DNA of 64,000 nucleotides from Casimicrobiaceae bacterium. Its GTDB lineage: Bacteria > Pseudomonadota > Gammaproteobacteria > Burkholderiales > Casimicrobiaceae. Both the position numbers and the translations under genes were made by a program. The DNA is taken from contig JBBJMT010000013.1 in NCBI GenBank assembly GCA_037719965.1, forward strand, positions 26,805 to 90,804. Reading direction: 5' to 3'. Positions 9,487 to 19,412 of this stretch are shown here, in pieces. The notes beneath the pieces were generated by a model. The model saw only the letters and a list, made by a program, of their open reading frames with translations, was not told the DNA's origin and made no database searches. The stretch's first letter is position 1; each line of letters starts with the position of its first letter.

Positions 9487-10812
9487 ATGACAAAAGAGTC
9501 TCGCGGTAACGACGGGCACGTGCTTGTTTTCTGGCACAAGAAGGATCCCAGGCCGCAGGGTGAGCTGGAATCCGCCCACGCCTGGGTGCGCCTGTCGGTG
9601 AGCCTTTTACTATCCACCATCGGCGGCGTGGGCATGTGGTCGGTTGTGGTCGCGCTGCCTGCGGTGCAAACAGAGTTCGGTGTCGCCCGCGCGGATGCGT
9701 CGTTGCCGTACACGCTGACGATGATCGGCTTCGGCGTGAGCGGCGTTTTGCTGGGCCGGCTTTCCGACCGTTTCGGGATCATGATTCCCGTCATCATCGG
9801 AACGGTGACGATGGCGCTCGGTTACGCCGCTGCCGGAGTGGCCGCCAACCTGTGGCAATACGTGCTCGCGCAAGGGTTGCTCGTCGGCGCTGGCAGCTCG
9901 GCCACATTTGGACCGCTCCTCGCGCATACCTCTTTGTGGTTCATCCGCCGGCGCGGCATTGCGGTGGCGATCTTTGCGAGCGGAAATTACCTCGCAGGCA
10001 CCATATGGCCGCCGGTAGTCCAGCACTTTATCGAGAGTGTGGGCTGGCGTCAGACTTATTTCGGCATCGCCCTTTTTTGCGTGGCGAGCATGCTGCCGCT
10101 GGCGCTGCTACTGAGGCGGCCGCCTCCGGTTACCGGGCCGGCACCGGTCAGCGCGGGTGCCGCGTCGCCGGCGCGGTCCATGCAAGCGCTCGGACTTTCG
10201 AAAGGCGCATTGCAAACCTTACTGATCGTTGCCGGAGTGTCCTGTTGCGTGGCGATGTCGATGCCGCAAGTACACTTGGTCGCATACTGCGGCGATCTCG
10301 GTTACGGGCCAGCGCGCGGTGCGCAGATGCTGTCGCTCATGTTGGCCTGCGGGATAGTGAGCCGGCTGACGTTCGGTTTCATCAGTGACCGCATCGGCGG
10401 GCTGCGCACGTTGCTGCTCGGCTCGAGTCTGCAGTGTTCGGCGCTTCTGCTGTTCCTCCCCTTCGACGGGCTCGTGTCCCTCTACGTGATCTCGGCGCTA
10501 TTTGGTTTGTTTCAGGGCGGCATCGTGCCGTCCTATGCCATCATCGTGCGCGAATACTTCTCGCCAAGGGAAGCCGGTGCCCGAGTCAGCCTCGTGATCA
10601 CGGCAACACTCTTCGGCATGGCGTTGGGCGGGTGGATGTCCGGTGCCATCTTCGACTTGACCGGCTCGTACGACGCCGCTTTCGTCAACGGCATCCTGTG
10701 GAACCTGCTGAACGTTGCCATCGCCCTATGGTTGTTGCGCCGGGCGACGGCGCGGCCTGCACGCGCCCGAGGGGGAAAAGCGGACGTTGGGCTCGCAAAA
10801 CAACTTCCGTAA
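9487..10812 (+). CDS. MFS transporter
   Basis: About 12 hydrophobic segments; GRLSDRFG and GFISDRIGG MFS loop motifs. Confidence 0.9.
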   Translation: MTKESRGNDGHVLVFWHKKDPRPQGELESAHAWVRLSVSLLLSTIGGVGMWSVVVALPAVQTEFGVARADASLPYTLTMIGFGVSGVLLGRLSDRFGIMIPVIIGTVTMALGYAAAGVAANLWQYVLAQGLLVGAGSSATFGPLLAHTSLWFIRRRGIAVAIFASGNYLAGTIWPPVVQHFIESVGWRQTYFGIALFCVASMLPLALLLRRPPPVTGPAPVSAGAASPARSMQALGLSKGALQTLLIVAGVSCCVAMSMPQVHLVAYCGDLGYGPARGAQMLSLMLACGIVSRLTFGFISDRIGGLRTLLLGSSLQCSALLLFLPFDGLVSLYVISALFGLFQGGIVPSYAIIVREYFSPREAGARVSLVITATLFGMALGGWMSGAIFDLTGSYDAAFVNGILWNLLNVAIALWLLRRATARPARARGGKADVGLAKQLP

Positions 10813-11472
10813 GAAACCGCGGTAAAGCTCAGCGCTAGTGTGCCTGGTGTGCCATTGGTTTACTGCGCGCGCTCGCTGCTGCTTCTGAAACGACGGGAGC
10901 TCGCGAAACGCAACAATCTTTCGCCCCCGGTATTGCTGATACTCACTGATAAATATCTGGATGTCGCTGTACGGGCCGGCAATCCGTCCGGGACGCTTCG
11001 AGTCACCAAAAAAATAAAGCTGGCCGTCGCGCTTGAAACTCACCAGCCAGTGCAAGCGGAGGGTGTTTCCGTCGATTTGAATCGGGTCAAACTCGATCAT
11101 CAGGTACCTCGGGTCGCTAGCGGGATCGATTTGTTTCAGCGTTTCGACCGCAAAGCGCGCCAAATCGACGCAAACGCCGGATTTGGCGTCGAAGAATTCA
11201 GATGGCGTACGGATCGCGAGCGGCATCTGCTTGGCACGTTGGGTTTCGGATAAGCGAATGGCTCGTGCTCTGTCGTACGAAAAATTCGCTGCGATCCACG
11301 CGTTGATGTCTTCCGGGGTTTTCCAGATCTGCATTGAGCGTTCATGCGAATCGGCCGCTTTGAATGGAACTGTCGCGTCGCGTGCGTACTCCGGCTCATC
11401 GGAGTCTATAGCCGAAGGAGCGGTGGCGCAGCCGCACAGCAACAGCGCTGATAAGACGAGCAACTTGCGCAT
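10726..11472 (-). CDS. Hypothetical lipoprotein with transglutaminase-like motif
   Basis: Lipobox LLCGC; SGVCVDLARF resembles the GxCxD catalytic-Cys motif; the 3' end overlaps the MFS gene by 87 nt, so the true end is uncertain. Confidence 0.55.
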   Translation of the reverse strand: MRKLLVLSALLLCGCATAPSAIDSDEPEYARDATVPFKAADSHERSMQIWKTPEDINAWIAANFSYDRARAIRLSETQRAKQMPLAIRTPSEFFDAKSGVCVDLARFAVETLKQIDPASDPRYLMIEFDPIQIDGNTLRLHWLVSFKRDGQLYFFGDSKRPGRIAGPYSDIQIFISEYQQYRGRKIVAFRELPSFQKQQRARAVNQWHTRHTSAELYRGFLRKLFCEPNVRFSPSGACRPRRRPAQQP

Positions 11473-11542
11473 GCCAATTACTCTCCGTCGTTACGATGAT
11501 TTCAGGTGCCAGTGCCCTTTCAGCCGCCTCTTTCGACAAACG

Positions 11543-12213
11543 CTACTGCTTGAGATCGTCTCGCTCCGGCGCGGCCATCACCGTTGCCAACATCGTCGCA
11601 ACCAGTTTCTCGGCGTTCCCGATTTGAGCATGAGCATCCGCGGCGCATACGCGACGCGAGTCGGGCCATTGCTTGAGCTGGTCGCGCTCGCGGTCGATGT
11701 AGCCCGCGGTCTGCGCTTCCATCGGGTATCCGTCGGCCATGCGGATCGCCGGGGCCAACACCTCGGCGAGCGAGAGCTTGCCGTACTCTGCGAGCATGGT
11801 GAGAATGCCTCCCAGCGTTCCCGGCGTGACCGCGGCGAGCGGGCCATAGGCCGGCGGGTAGTCCAATCCCTTCGACCGGAAGAACTCCGGCGTCGCGCCC
11901 GCGGGTGCTGCGCCAAGCGCGTTGATGCCGATGACCTTCTTCGTGTGCGGGTTCCAGATCAGCGCCTGAGTCTCACCGCCCCAATGCAGAACATCCCACA
12001 TCGTGGCGGCGGCGGCGATCATGGCGCAGGCGGCATCCACTGTGTTTCCGCCGCCCAGGAAGATCTTCGCGCCGGCAGTGGCGGCCAGGGGTTTCCCGGT
12101 GACGGCCATCCAATCCTGGCCGTGCAGCGGCGGCTTCTGCGTGCTCTGCGCGGTTGCGCCTTCCGGCAGTGCAACGACAACAACATCACCATCAAGCGAA
12201 TGTTCGTCCTCAC
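11543..12213 (-). pseudogene. ggt: Gamma-glutamyltransferase family protein, frameshifted and 3'-truncated
   Basis: TQKPPLHG...GGNTVDAACA...GGETQALI...AAVTPG...LAPAIRMADG matches the GGT large subunit; ends after about 200 codons with no small-subunit Thr; a signal peptide lies in another frame upstream of about 12172. Confidence 0.8.
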
Positions 12214-12273
12214 GTGATGGGGTATTACTCGTACTGCGCCGAAATGCCGGCGCCACCGTGATCCCGGCCAGTC

Positions 12274-12637
12274 GTGGACGGGTCTAACCGACTCCTCGAA
12301 GCGGCACAGGAAATCCAGCGATTCTGCGAAAGCCGTGAGTGGCGTTTCTGCTTCATCGGTGGCGTCACCGTTCAACACTGGGGCGAAGCGCGCCTCACCC
12401 GCGGTGCCGACGTGACCGTGTTCACCGGGATTGGCGACGAATCTCGCTACATTGAAGAACTGCTCGGCGGATCGGCCGCAGGACTGGCTCGACGTCGAGG
12501 GCATCATCGTGAAATCCAGTCGCCTGATCGATTGGAACGAAGTGCGCGCGGATCTGGCGGCTCTGCTCGAGCTCAAGGGAGACACCTCCGCACTAGGACG
12601 TCTCGACCAACTGCTTTCGCGTCTTTCACCGCGGTAG
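12274..12637 (+). pseudogene. Nucleotidyltransferase-fold protein (AbiEii/MNT-like) with internal deletion and frameshift
   Basis: N-part FCFIGGVTVQHWGEARLTRGADVTV...EELL joins at about 12466 to C-part ADRPQDWLDVEGIIVK...LLELK in another frame. Confidence 0.7.
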
Positions 12638-12662
12638 CGTTGTATCCAGCCTCGCTCGGCGG

Positions 12663-13583
12663 CTATTCAACGGGCAGGAACCCATCAACGGAAAGATAGC
12701 GCTCGCCCGAATCGAAATTGAAGCCGAGCACGCGGTTGTCTGCCGGGAGCTCCGGCAGTTTTTGCGCGATGGCCGCGAGCGTGGCGCCGGAGGAAATGCC
12801 GATCAGCATGCCCTCCTCACGCGCAGCGCGCCGGGCCATCTCCTTCGCGGCCTCTGCCTCGACCTGGATAACGCCGTCGAGCAGCGTCGTGTCGAGATTC
12901 TTGGGAATGAAGCCGGCGCCGATGCCCTGGATCGGATGCGGCGAATGCGTGCCCCCGGAAATGACTGGTGACGCGGTCGGCTCGACCGCAAACACCTTGA
13001 GTCGCGGCCATTGCTTCTTTAACACCTGGGCACAGCCGGTGATATGACCGCCGGTGCCCACACCCGTGATCAGCGTATCGAGACCATCAGAGAAGTCGGC
13101 AAGAATTTCGCTCGCGGTCGTGCGGGCGTGCACTTCCACATTGGCCGGGTTCTCGAATTGTTGCGGCATCCACGACCCCGGCGTTGCAGCAATCAGTTCC
13201 TGCGCCTTCGCAATGGCACCCTTCATGCCTTCGGCCCGCGGCGTCAACACCAGTGTCGCGCCGTAGGCGAGAATCAGGCGCCGCCGCTCGATCGACATGC
13301 TGTCCGGCATCACTAGCGTGAGCTGGTAGCCCTTGACCGCGGCGACCATCGCGAGCCCGATGCCGGTGTTGCCTGACGTCGGTTCGATAATCGTCCCGCC
13401 GGCTAGAAGCTTGCCGCTAGCCTCAGCGTCCTCGACCATTGACAGCGCGATGCGGTCCTTGATCGATCCGCCGGGGTTGTCGCGCTCGGACTTGATCCAG
13501 ACGTGACGCGATGCGCCGAACAGGCGATTGATGCGTATGTGCGGTGTGTTACCGATCGTGGCGAGTATGTTGGCGGCTATCAC
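12663..13583 (-). CDS. cysK: Cysteine synthase A
   Basis: [14 protein letters not shown] (PLP Lys), [34 protein letters not shown]; GTG start at 13583. Confidence 0.95.
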   Translation of the reverse strand: MIAANILATIGNTPHIRINRLFGASRHVWIKSERDNPGGSIKDRIALSMVEDAEASGKLLAGGTIIEPTSGNTGIGLAMVAAVKGYQLTLVMPDSMSIERRRLILAYGATLVLTPRAEGMKGAIAKAQELIAATPGSWMPQQFENPANVEVHARTTASEILADFSDGLDTLITGVGTGGHITGCAQVLKKQWPRLKVFAVEPTASPVISGGTHSPHPIQGIGAGFIPKNLDTTLLDGVIQVEAEAAKEMARRAAREEGMLIGISSGATLAAIAQKLPELPADNRVLGFNFDSGERYLSVDGFLPVE

Positions 13584-13715
13584 AAATCCTCGCGGATGAG
13601 ATGATGTGTTGGGCGGAAAATATTGCATGGGACCACCGGAACGGCGGTCACACGATATTGAATCAGTTATGGATTTTACCCGATGATCTACCGCACAAAT
13701 GCTGCAGATGTGCGA

Positions 13716-14915
13716 TCAATGCTTTGCCAACTCCAGCTTGCCGATCTGGTTGCGATGCACCTCGTCGGGCCCATCCGCCAGGCGCAGCATGCGGGCATGC
13801 GCATACGCTTGGGCGAGCCCAAAGTCGTCGCAGATTCCGGCGCCGCCGTGCACTTGAATGGCCCAGTCGAGCACTTGGCAGGCCATCACCGGTGCGGCCA
13901 CCTTGATCATCGCGATCTCGGCGCGGGCCGCCTTGTTGCCGACGGTGTCCATCATCCAGGCCGCCTTCAACGTCAAGAGCCGCGCCTGATCGATCATGAT
14001 GCGCGCCTCGGCGATCCGCTCGAGCGTCACCGTCTGCTCCGCCAGCGGCTTGCCGAACGCGACCCGCGCCTTCGCCCGCGCGCACATTTTCTCCAGCGCG
14101 CGCTCCGCGACGCCGACCAGACGCATGCAATGGTGGATGCGTCCGGGGCCAAGGCGTCCTTGCGCGATTTCGAAGCCCCTCCCCTCGCCCAGCAAAATGT
14201 TTGCGACGGGGACGCGTACTTCGACGAAATCGATTTCCATGTGCCCATGCGGTGCGTCGTCGAAGCCGAATACCGGCAAATACCGCAAGATGTTCACACC
14301 CGGCGTGTCGCGCGGGACGAGGATCATCGATTGCTGGCTGTGCTTCGAGGCTTGGACATCGGTCTTGCCCATGAAGATGAAGAGCTTGCAGCGCGGATCG
14401 CCGGCACCCGACGCCCACCACTTACGGCCGTTGATGACGTAGTCGCCGCCATCGCGCGCGATCGAACTCTGGATGTTGGTTGCGTCGGATGAAGCAACGC
14501 CGGGCTCGGTCATCGTGAAAGCCGAACGTATCGTGCCTGCGAGCAACGGTTCGAGCCACTGCGTTTTCTGCTCCGCGCTGCCGTAGCGCTCCAGCACTTC
14601 CATGTTGCCGGTGTCGGGTGCCCCACAATTGAACACCTCCGGCGCCCAGTGCACGCGGCCCATGATTTCGCAAAGGGGCGCGTATTCGGAGTTGCTGAGT
14701 CCCGCGCCTCGCGTCGATTCCGGCAGGAAGAGATTCCACAAACCGGCCGCCTTGGCCGCAGCTTTCAGCTCCTCGATGACTTGCGTGGGCTGCCAGCGCT
14801 CGCCCGCGGCGACCTCGGCGTCGAATCGGTGTTCGTTAGGATAGATGTGCTCGTCCATGAAGGTCGCAAGCTTCGCCTGCAACTGCCGCACCTTCGGGGA
14901 GTACTCGAAGTCCAT
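13716..14915 (-). CDS. Acyl-CoA dehydrogenase (ACAD10/11 C-terminal-like)
   Basis: [39 protein letters not shown]; AAGGA SD upstream of ATG 14915. Confidence 0.92.
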   Translation of the reverse strand: MDFEYSPKVRQLQAKLATFMDEHIYPNEHRFDAEVAAGERWQPTQVIEELKAAAKAAGLWNLFLPESTRGAGLSNSEYAPLCEIMGRVHWAPEVFNCGAPDTGNMEVLERYGSAEQKTQWLEPLLAGTIRSAFTMTEPGVASSDATNIQSSIARDGGDYVINGRKWWASGAGDPRCKLFIFMGKTDVQASKHSQQSMILVPRDTPGVNILRYLPVFGFDDAPHGHMEIDFVEVRVPVANILLGEGRGFEIAQGRLGPGRIHHCMRLVGVAERALEKMCARAKARVAFGKPLAEQTVTLERIAEARIMIDQARLLTLKAAWMMDTVGNKAARAEIAMIKVAAPVMACQVLDWAIQVHGGAGICDDFGLAQAYAHARMLRLADGPDEVHRNQIGKLELAKH

Positions 14916-14938
14916 GACCATCCTTCGCAATCAGCGTT

Positions 14939-16015
14939 TTAGTCTGCGGCGTGCATCTGCTCGACCTGCTTCCAACCGAGTTCTGCCATGGGCCGCGCGC
15001 GTCGGCCGGTCTCCAGTGCGAGCTCACTTGCGGCATTGCCGGCGACCGCACGCGCCATGACGCCCTGGAAAATCGCAGCCATGCGGAACATGTTGTAGGC
15101 GAGGCAGAAGCTCCAGTCCTTGGCGCTCGGCTTGGCCGCGACCCCGGTGCGGCGCAAGTACATGTCCAAATACTCATCCTCGGTGGGAATGCCAAGCGCC
15201 GCAAGATCGCAACCGCGCAAGCCGCGGAATTCGACTGACGAGAGCCGCCACGTCATCATGTGGTAGGAGAAGTCCGCCATCGGGTGACCAAGGGTCGACA
15301 GCTCCCAGTCGAGCACCGCCAGCACTCGTGGCTCAGTGGCGTGAAAGATCATGTTGTCAATGCGGTAATCGCCATGGACGATCGAGGTCGCCTCGTGGGC
15401 CGGAATGTTCTGCGGCAACCAGGTGATGAGATTGTCCATCGCGTCGATCTTCTCCGTTTCCGACGCTTTGTACTGCTTGCTCCAGCGATCGATCTGTCGC
15501 GCGAAATAGTTGCCGGGCCGGCCGTAATTGGCAAGACCGATGGCGGCGAAATCGACACAGTGGAGCGCCGCGATAACGCGGTTCATCTCGGCGAATATTC
15601 CGCGCCGTTCAGCTGGCGCCATGCCCGGTAACTGCGGGTCCCACAATATCCGGCCGTCGACCCAGTCCATGATGTAGAACATCGTGCCGATCACCGTATC
15701 GTCGGTGCACAGGCAGTAGGTCCGCGGCACCGGCACGGCCGAGCCCGCGAGTGCCGAGATCACTCGATACTCGCGATCGACGGCGTGCGCGGAAGGTAAG
15801 AGCACGCCGGAGGGTTTGCGCCGTAGAACGTACGATTTTCCCCCGGCTGTGAGCTTGAACGTCGGATTCGACTGGCCACCCTTGAACTGCTCGACCTTGA
15901 GCGAGCCGCTGAAGCCTTCGACGTGGGCGCGTAAGTAGCGCTCGAGCGCAACGACATCGAAGCGATGCGCGTCCGCAACCGGGCGCGTTCCCAGGTAATC
16001 GTCGAAATGGCCCAT
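14939..16015 (-). CDS. Phosphotransferase (APH-like) family protein, ACAD10/11 N-terminal-like
   Basis: QFKGGQSNPTF, SAHAVDRE, HGDYRIDN, LDWELSTLGHP. Confidence 0.9.
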   Translation of the reverse strand: MGHFDDYLGTRPVADAHRFDVVALERYLRAHVEGFSGSLKVEQFKGGQSNPTFKLTAGGKSYVLRRKPSGVLLPSAHAVDREYRVISALAGSAVPVPRTYCLCTDDTVIGTMFYIMDWVDGRILWDPQLPGMAPAERRGIFAEMNRVIAALHCVDFAAIGLANYGRPGNYFARQIDRWSKQYKASETEKIDAMDNLITWLPQNIPAHEATSIVHGDYRIDNMIFHATEPRVLAVLDWELSTLGHPMADFSYHMMTWRLSSVEFRGLRGCDLAALGIPTEDEYLDMYLRRTGVAAKPSAKDWSFCLAYNMFRMAAIFQGVMARAVAGNAASELALETGRRARPMAELGWKQVEQMHAAD

Positions 16016-16028
16016 GCGAAAAGTCGTT

Positions 16029-16484
16029 TCACCCTTTCCGCGGCACCGCTTCGACGGGCCCGCGGCGATCATGGCGCAGCATGAACGTGCCGCTGGCCTT
16101 GGCGACCAATTTGCCCGCTTGGTCGCGCGCGTCGCCTTCGCAAAACGCGACTTGTCGGCCCAGATGAAGGCAGCGACCTTCGGCGATCAGTGTTCCTTGA
16201 CCGGTGCCGATGAAGCTCGCCTTCATTTCGACGGTAATCGCGCCGTTGGCCGTCGCGTCGAGCGTGCGCGCGGCCAATGCCATCGCGATGTCGAGCAACG
16301 TCATGACCACACCGCCATGCGCGGCTTCATAGCTGTTCATCAATTCGGGGCGCAGATCGAGCTCTAACACCGCGCGGCCGCCGCCCTTCTCTTTCAACCT
16401 TACGCCGAGATGGCTCGCAAACGGAATGGTGCGGCCGAGCGCTTGTGCTATTTCCATTGCGGCTCGTTCCGTTGCCGGTTGCAA
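16029..16484 (-). CDS. PaaI-family thioesterase
   Basis: NSYEAAHGGVVMTLLD hot-dog fold motif. Confidence 0.88.
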   Translation of the reverse strand: MQPATERAAMEIAQALGRTIPFASHLGVRLKEKGGGRAVLELDLRPELMNSYEAAHGGVVMTLLDIAMALAARTLDATANGAITVEMKASFIGTGQGTLIAEGRCLHLGRQVAFCEGDARDQAGKLVAKASGTFMLRHDRRGPVEAVPRKG

Positions 16485-16493
16485 ATGTTTGCG

Positions 16494-17276
16494 TTAGATG
16501 GCGGTAACGCCACCGTCGACAGCGACGATCTGTCCAGTGATGAACGAGCAAGCGTCGGAAGCAAACAGCGCGACCAGGCCCTTCAAGTCCTCCGGGCCGC
16601 CCAGACGCTTCAGCGGCGCCTTCTCGGCCGCTTCGTTTCCAACGAGCTCCAGAACGCCCTTGGTCATTTTGGTGGGAAAAAAACCGGGGGCGATCGCGTT
16701 GACGTTGATGTTGTATTGCGCCCACTCAGCCGCGAGCGAGCGCGTGAAATTGACGACACCGCCTTTGCTTGTGTTGTAGGCGATGGTCGCCGGCCGGCCG
16801 GGGTCGCCGCCACCGACAACGCCCAGGATCGAGGCAATGTTGATTACCTTGCCGCGGCGGCGCGGCACCATGCTCCGCCTGCCGACTTCCTGGCACGTGA
16901 CGAACATCGCGGTCAAGTTCAGATTGATGACCTTGTGCCAGGCCTCCAACGGATGCTCAAGCGTCGCTGCGCCCCAAGTGGTCCCGGCGTTGTTCACCAG
17001 GATATCGATGGGACCCAGCGCCGCGATCGCTTGCTCGACCGCAGGCGCGATGGCGGCCGTGTTGGACATGTCGCACACCAGCGGCACCGCGGTGATCCCA
17101 AGAGCGGATTTAAGATGCGCCGCAGCCTGGTCGAGCTCATCCGCCTTGCGCGCGGTCAACGCGACCTTGGCGCCCATTTCACCTAACGCCTCGGCCATTT
17201 GCAAGCCGAGGCCGCGCGAACCGCCGGTGACCAGCGCTACCCTGCCGGTCAAATCGAAAAGTTCTTTGACGCTCAC
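16494..17276 (-). CDS. Short-chain dehydrogenase/reductase (gluconate 5-dehydrogenase-like)
   Basis: GTG start 17276; TGGSRGLG, NNAG, YNTSKGG. Confidence 0.9.
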   Translation of the reverse strand: MSVKELFDLTGRVALVTGGSRGLGLQMAEALGEMGAKVALTARKADELDQAAAHLKSALGITAVPLVCDMSNTAAIAPAVEQAIAALGPIDILVNNAGTTWGAATLEHPLEAWHKVINLNLTAMFVTCQEVGRRSMVPRRRGKVINIASILGVVGGGDPGRPATIAYNTSKGGVVNFTRSLAAEWAQYNINVNAIAPGFFPTKMTKGVLELVGNEAAEKAPLKRLGGPEDLKGLVALFASDACSFITGQIVAVDGGVTAI

Positions 17277-17290
17277 GACGAGCCTTGCCG

Positions 17291-18250
17291 TTACTTCAGC
17301 TGCAACCCGAGTCGTTCGATGTTCACGCGCTCGCTCTGCAACGTCTCCGCCGCCCATTTGGCGTAGTCGTCGCTCGACTTGTACCAATAGACTTGGTCGA
17401 ATTCCTGCAACACCTTCAGGTGCTCGGGGTCGTCGAGCGTCTTCTTGAACGCGTCGTGCAGAATCTTGACGATCTTCCCGTCCATACCTTTCGGTCCGAC
17501 GATGCCATAGGGCGAATACGAAACGATGTCCACACCGGATTCCTTGGCGGTCGGTGCGTTCCACTTCGTGCGCTGCTCGCCGAAGGTGACGAGCAAGCGG
17601 AACGTGCCTGCGTCCACGTGGCGCGCCCAGCCCGTGGCGTCCGATTGCGCCATGACGTGGCCGCCCAGCAACGCCTGCGTCGAGTCGGCGTTACCTTTGA
17701 ACGGCACGTGCAGGAGTTGCACGCCGGATTGGGCGGCGGCTTGCTCCATCAAGAGGTGCGGTGAAGTACCGGTGCCGGTTGATCCGTACGAGAGCTTGCC
17801 GGGGTTCGCGCGCGCATAGTCAAGTAGATCCTTGAAGGATTTGATCGGCGAATCGGCCTTGACGACGACGCCGAACGTGTACCCGGTCAAGCCGATGATG
17901 TAGGTGAAGTCCTTTAGCGGATCCCAATCGACCTTTTGCATGTGCGGGAAGCGAAAAGCGCTGATCGGCAACTGCGAGAGCGTGTACCCGTCGGGTTGAG
18001 CCGTGCCCGCCATTTGCGACGGCCCGAGCATGCCTCCGGCGCCCGGCTTGTTGACGATGATCACTGGCTGGCCAAGATATTTGCCGGCGATCTCGGCGAA
18101 GCGGCGCATATGCGTGTCGGTCGACCCGCCCGCGGGCCACGGGCAGATGAGCGAGATCGGACGGTTGGGAAAGCCCTGTGCGAACGTGCCACCGGATGCG
18201 ATAGCGAGCGCGGCGCAGACCGCAAGTGTGAACTGACGCAGTATCGTCAT
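17291..18250 (-). CDS. Bug/TctC tripartite tricarboxylate transporter substrate-binding protein
   Basis: Start at MTILRQF (18250); FPNRPISLICPWPAGGSTD, NKPGAGG, PDGYTL, HVPFKG. Confidence 0.9.
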   Translation of the reverse strand: MTILRQFTLAVCAALAIASGGTFAQGFPNRPISLICPWPAGGSTDTHMRRFAEIAGKYLGQPVIIVNKPGAGGMLGPSQMAGTAQPDGYTLSQLPISAFRFPHMQKVDWDPLKDFTYIIGLTGYTFGVVVKADSPIKSFKDLLDYARANPGKLSYGSTGTGTSPHLLMEQAAAQSGVQLLHVPFKGNADSTQALLGGHVMAQSDATGWARHVDAGTFRLLVTFGEQRTKWNAPTAKESGVDIVSYSPYGIVGPKGMDGKIVKILHDAFKKTLDDPEHLKVLQEFDQVYWYKSSDDYAKWAAETLQSERVNIERLGLQLK

Positions 18251-18321
18251 GTTTTCTCGTCCTTCTAGGTTGTGCGTCGGCGTGGTACCGGCGCCTGGTT
18301 CTCGTTGCAGCGCGCGCAGCG

Positions 18322-19299
18322 CTACTGCTCCGCTTTCACGCCGGCGGCGTTGATCACTTTCGCCCACTTCGCGATTTCGTCGTCGAGGAACTGCAAAGCC
18401 TGCTCGGGTGTGTTGCCGACCGGCTCGATACCGAGCTGCTCGAAACGGCTGCGCAACTCTGGCGTCGAAACGGCCTTTGCGGTCTCTGCCGAAAGGCGGC
18501 TGACGATGTCGCGCGGTGTGCCGGCCGGTGCCAAGAACATGACCCAGGTCGAGGCTTCGATCGGGGGGCCGCCTGCCTCCGCGATCGTCGGCACTTCCTG
18601 CGCCCCGGGGACGCGCTTCGCCGAAAACATGCCCAGCGCGCGGACCTTGCCACCGCGCACGTGCGGCATCATCGAGCTGGGCACGTCCACGAGGACCTGG
18701 ATGTCGCCGGCCAGCAAGCCCTGCAGCGCAGGGGCCGTTCCCTTGTACGGGACATGCACCATGTCGATGTTGGCCGTCTGCTTCAAGAGCTCGGTGGTGA
18801 GGTGCGCCGCGGCGCCGATGCCGCTCGATCCGAACGAAACCTTGCCGGGATTCGCACGAGCGTAGGCGACCAATTCGCGCATATCTTTCGCCGGAAAATT
18901 GTTGTTCACCGTGAGGATGAGAGGTGCGATCGCCGCCAGCGAGACCGGCGTAAAGCTCTTCACCGTGTCGAACGGCAGCTTGCCCGCGTAAAGCGTCGCG
19001 TTCGCCGAGTGTGCGGCAATCACGGTCAGCATGGTGTAGCCATCCGGCGCCGCTTTGGCCACCAGGTCGGCACCGACAATGCTGTTCGCGCCGGGCCGGT
19101 TTTCGACGACAACCGGCTGTCCCATTCCGTCCTGGATTTTTTGCGTCACGATGCGCGTCACCGAGTCGGTGATGCCGCCCGGCGTATAGGGAACGATCCA
19201 CCGGATGGGCCGGGCCGGGTACTGCGCGTGCGCCTCACCCACGACGATGAGCGCCAACGCCACCATCACGAGCGCGACTGCGTATGTCCAGCGTTTCAT
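18322..19299 (-). CDS. Bug/TctC substrate-binding protein (second paralog)
   Basis: YPARPIRWIVPYTPGGITD, ENRPGA, APDGYT, HVPYKG. Confidence 0.92.
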   Translation of the reverse strand: MKRWTYAVALVMVALALIVVGEAHAQYPARPIRWIVPYTPGGITDSVTRIVTQKIQDGMGQPVVVENRPGANSIVGADLVAKAAPDGYTMLTVIAAHSANATLYAGKLPFDTVKSFTPVSLAAIAPLILTVNNNFPAKDMRELVAYARANPGKVSFGSSGIGAAAHLTTELLKQTANIDMVHVPYKGTAPALQGLLAGDIQVLVDVPSSMMPHVRGGKVRALGMFSAKRVPGAQEVPTIAEAGGPPIEASTWVMFLAPAGTPRDIVSRLSAETAKAVSTPELRSRFEQLGIEPVGNTPEQALQFLDDEIAKWAKVINAAGVKAEQ

Positions 19300-19412
19300 G
19301 GGCTGCCCCTTTCGTGAACGGTGAAGCTTACACCCGCGCCCGCGCATCGGAATGCGCCTTGCCCTGCGCTAGACTGCCGTTTTCGATGGACGCACCGTTT
19401 CTGGAGGGAACC

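Noticed and set aside
18251-19201. 636-aa ORF suggesting a giant TctC fusion
   Set aside because: The upstream part is an alternative frame of the neighbouring tctC gene; the signal peptide and family motifs begin at 18250.
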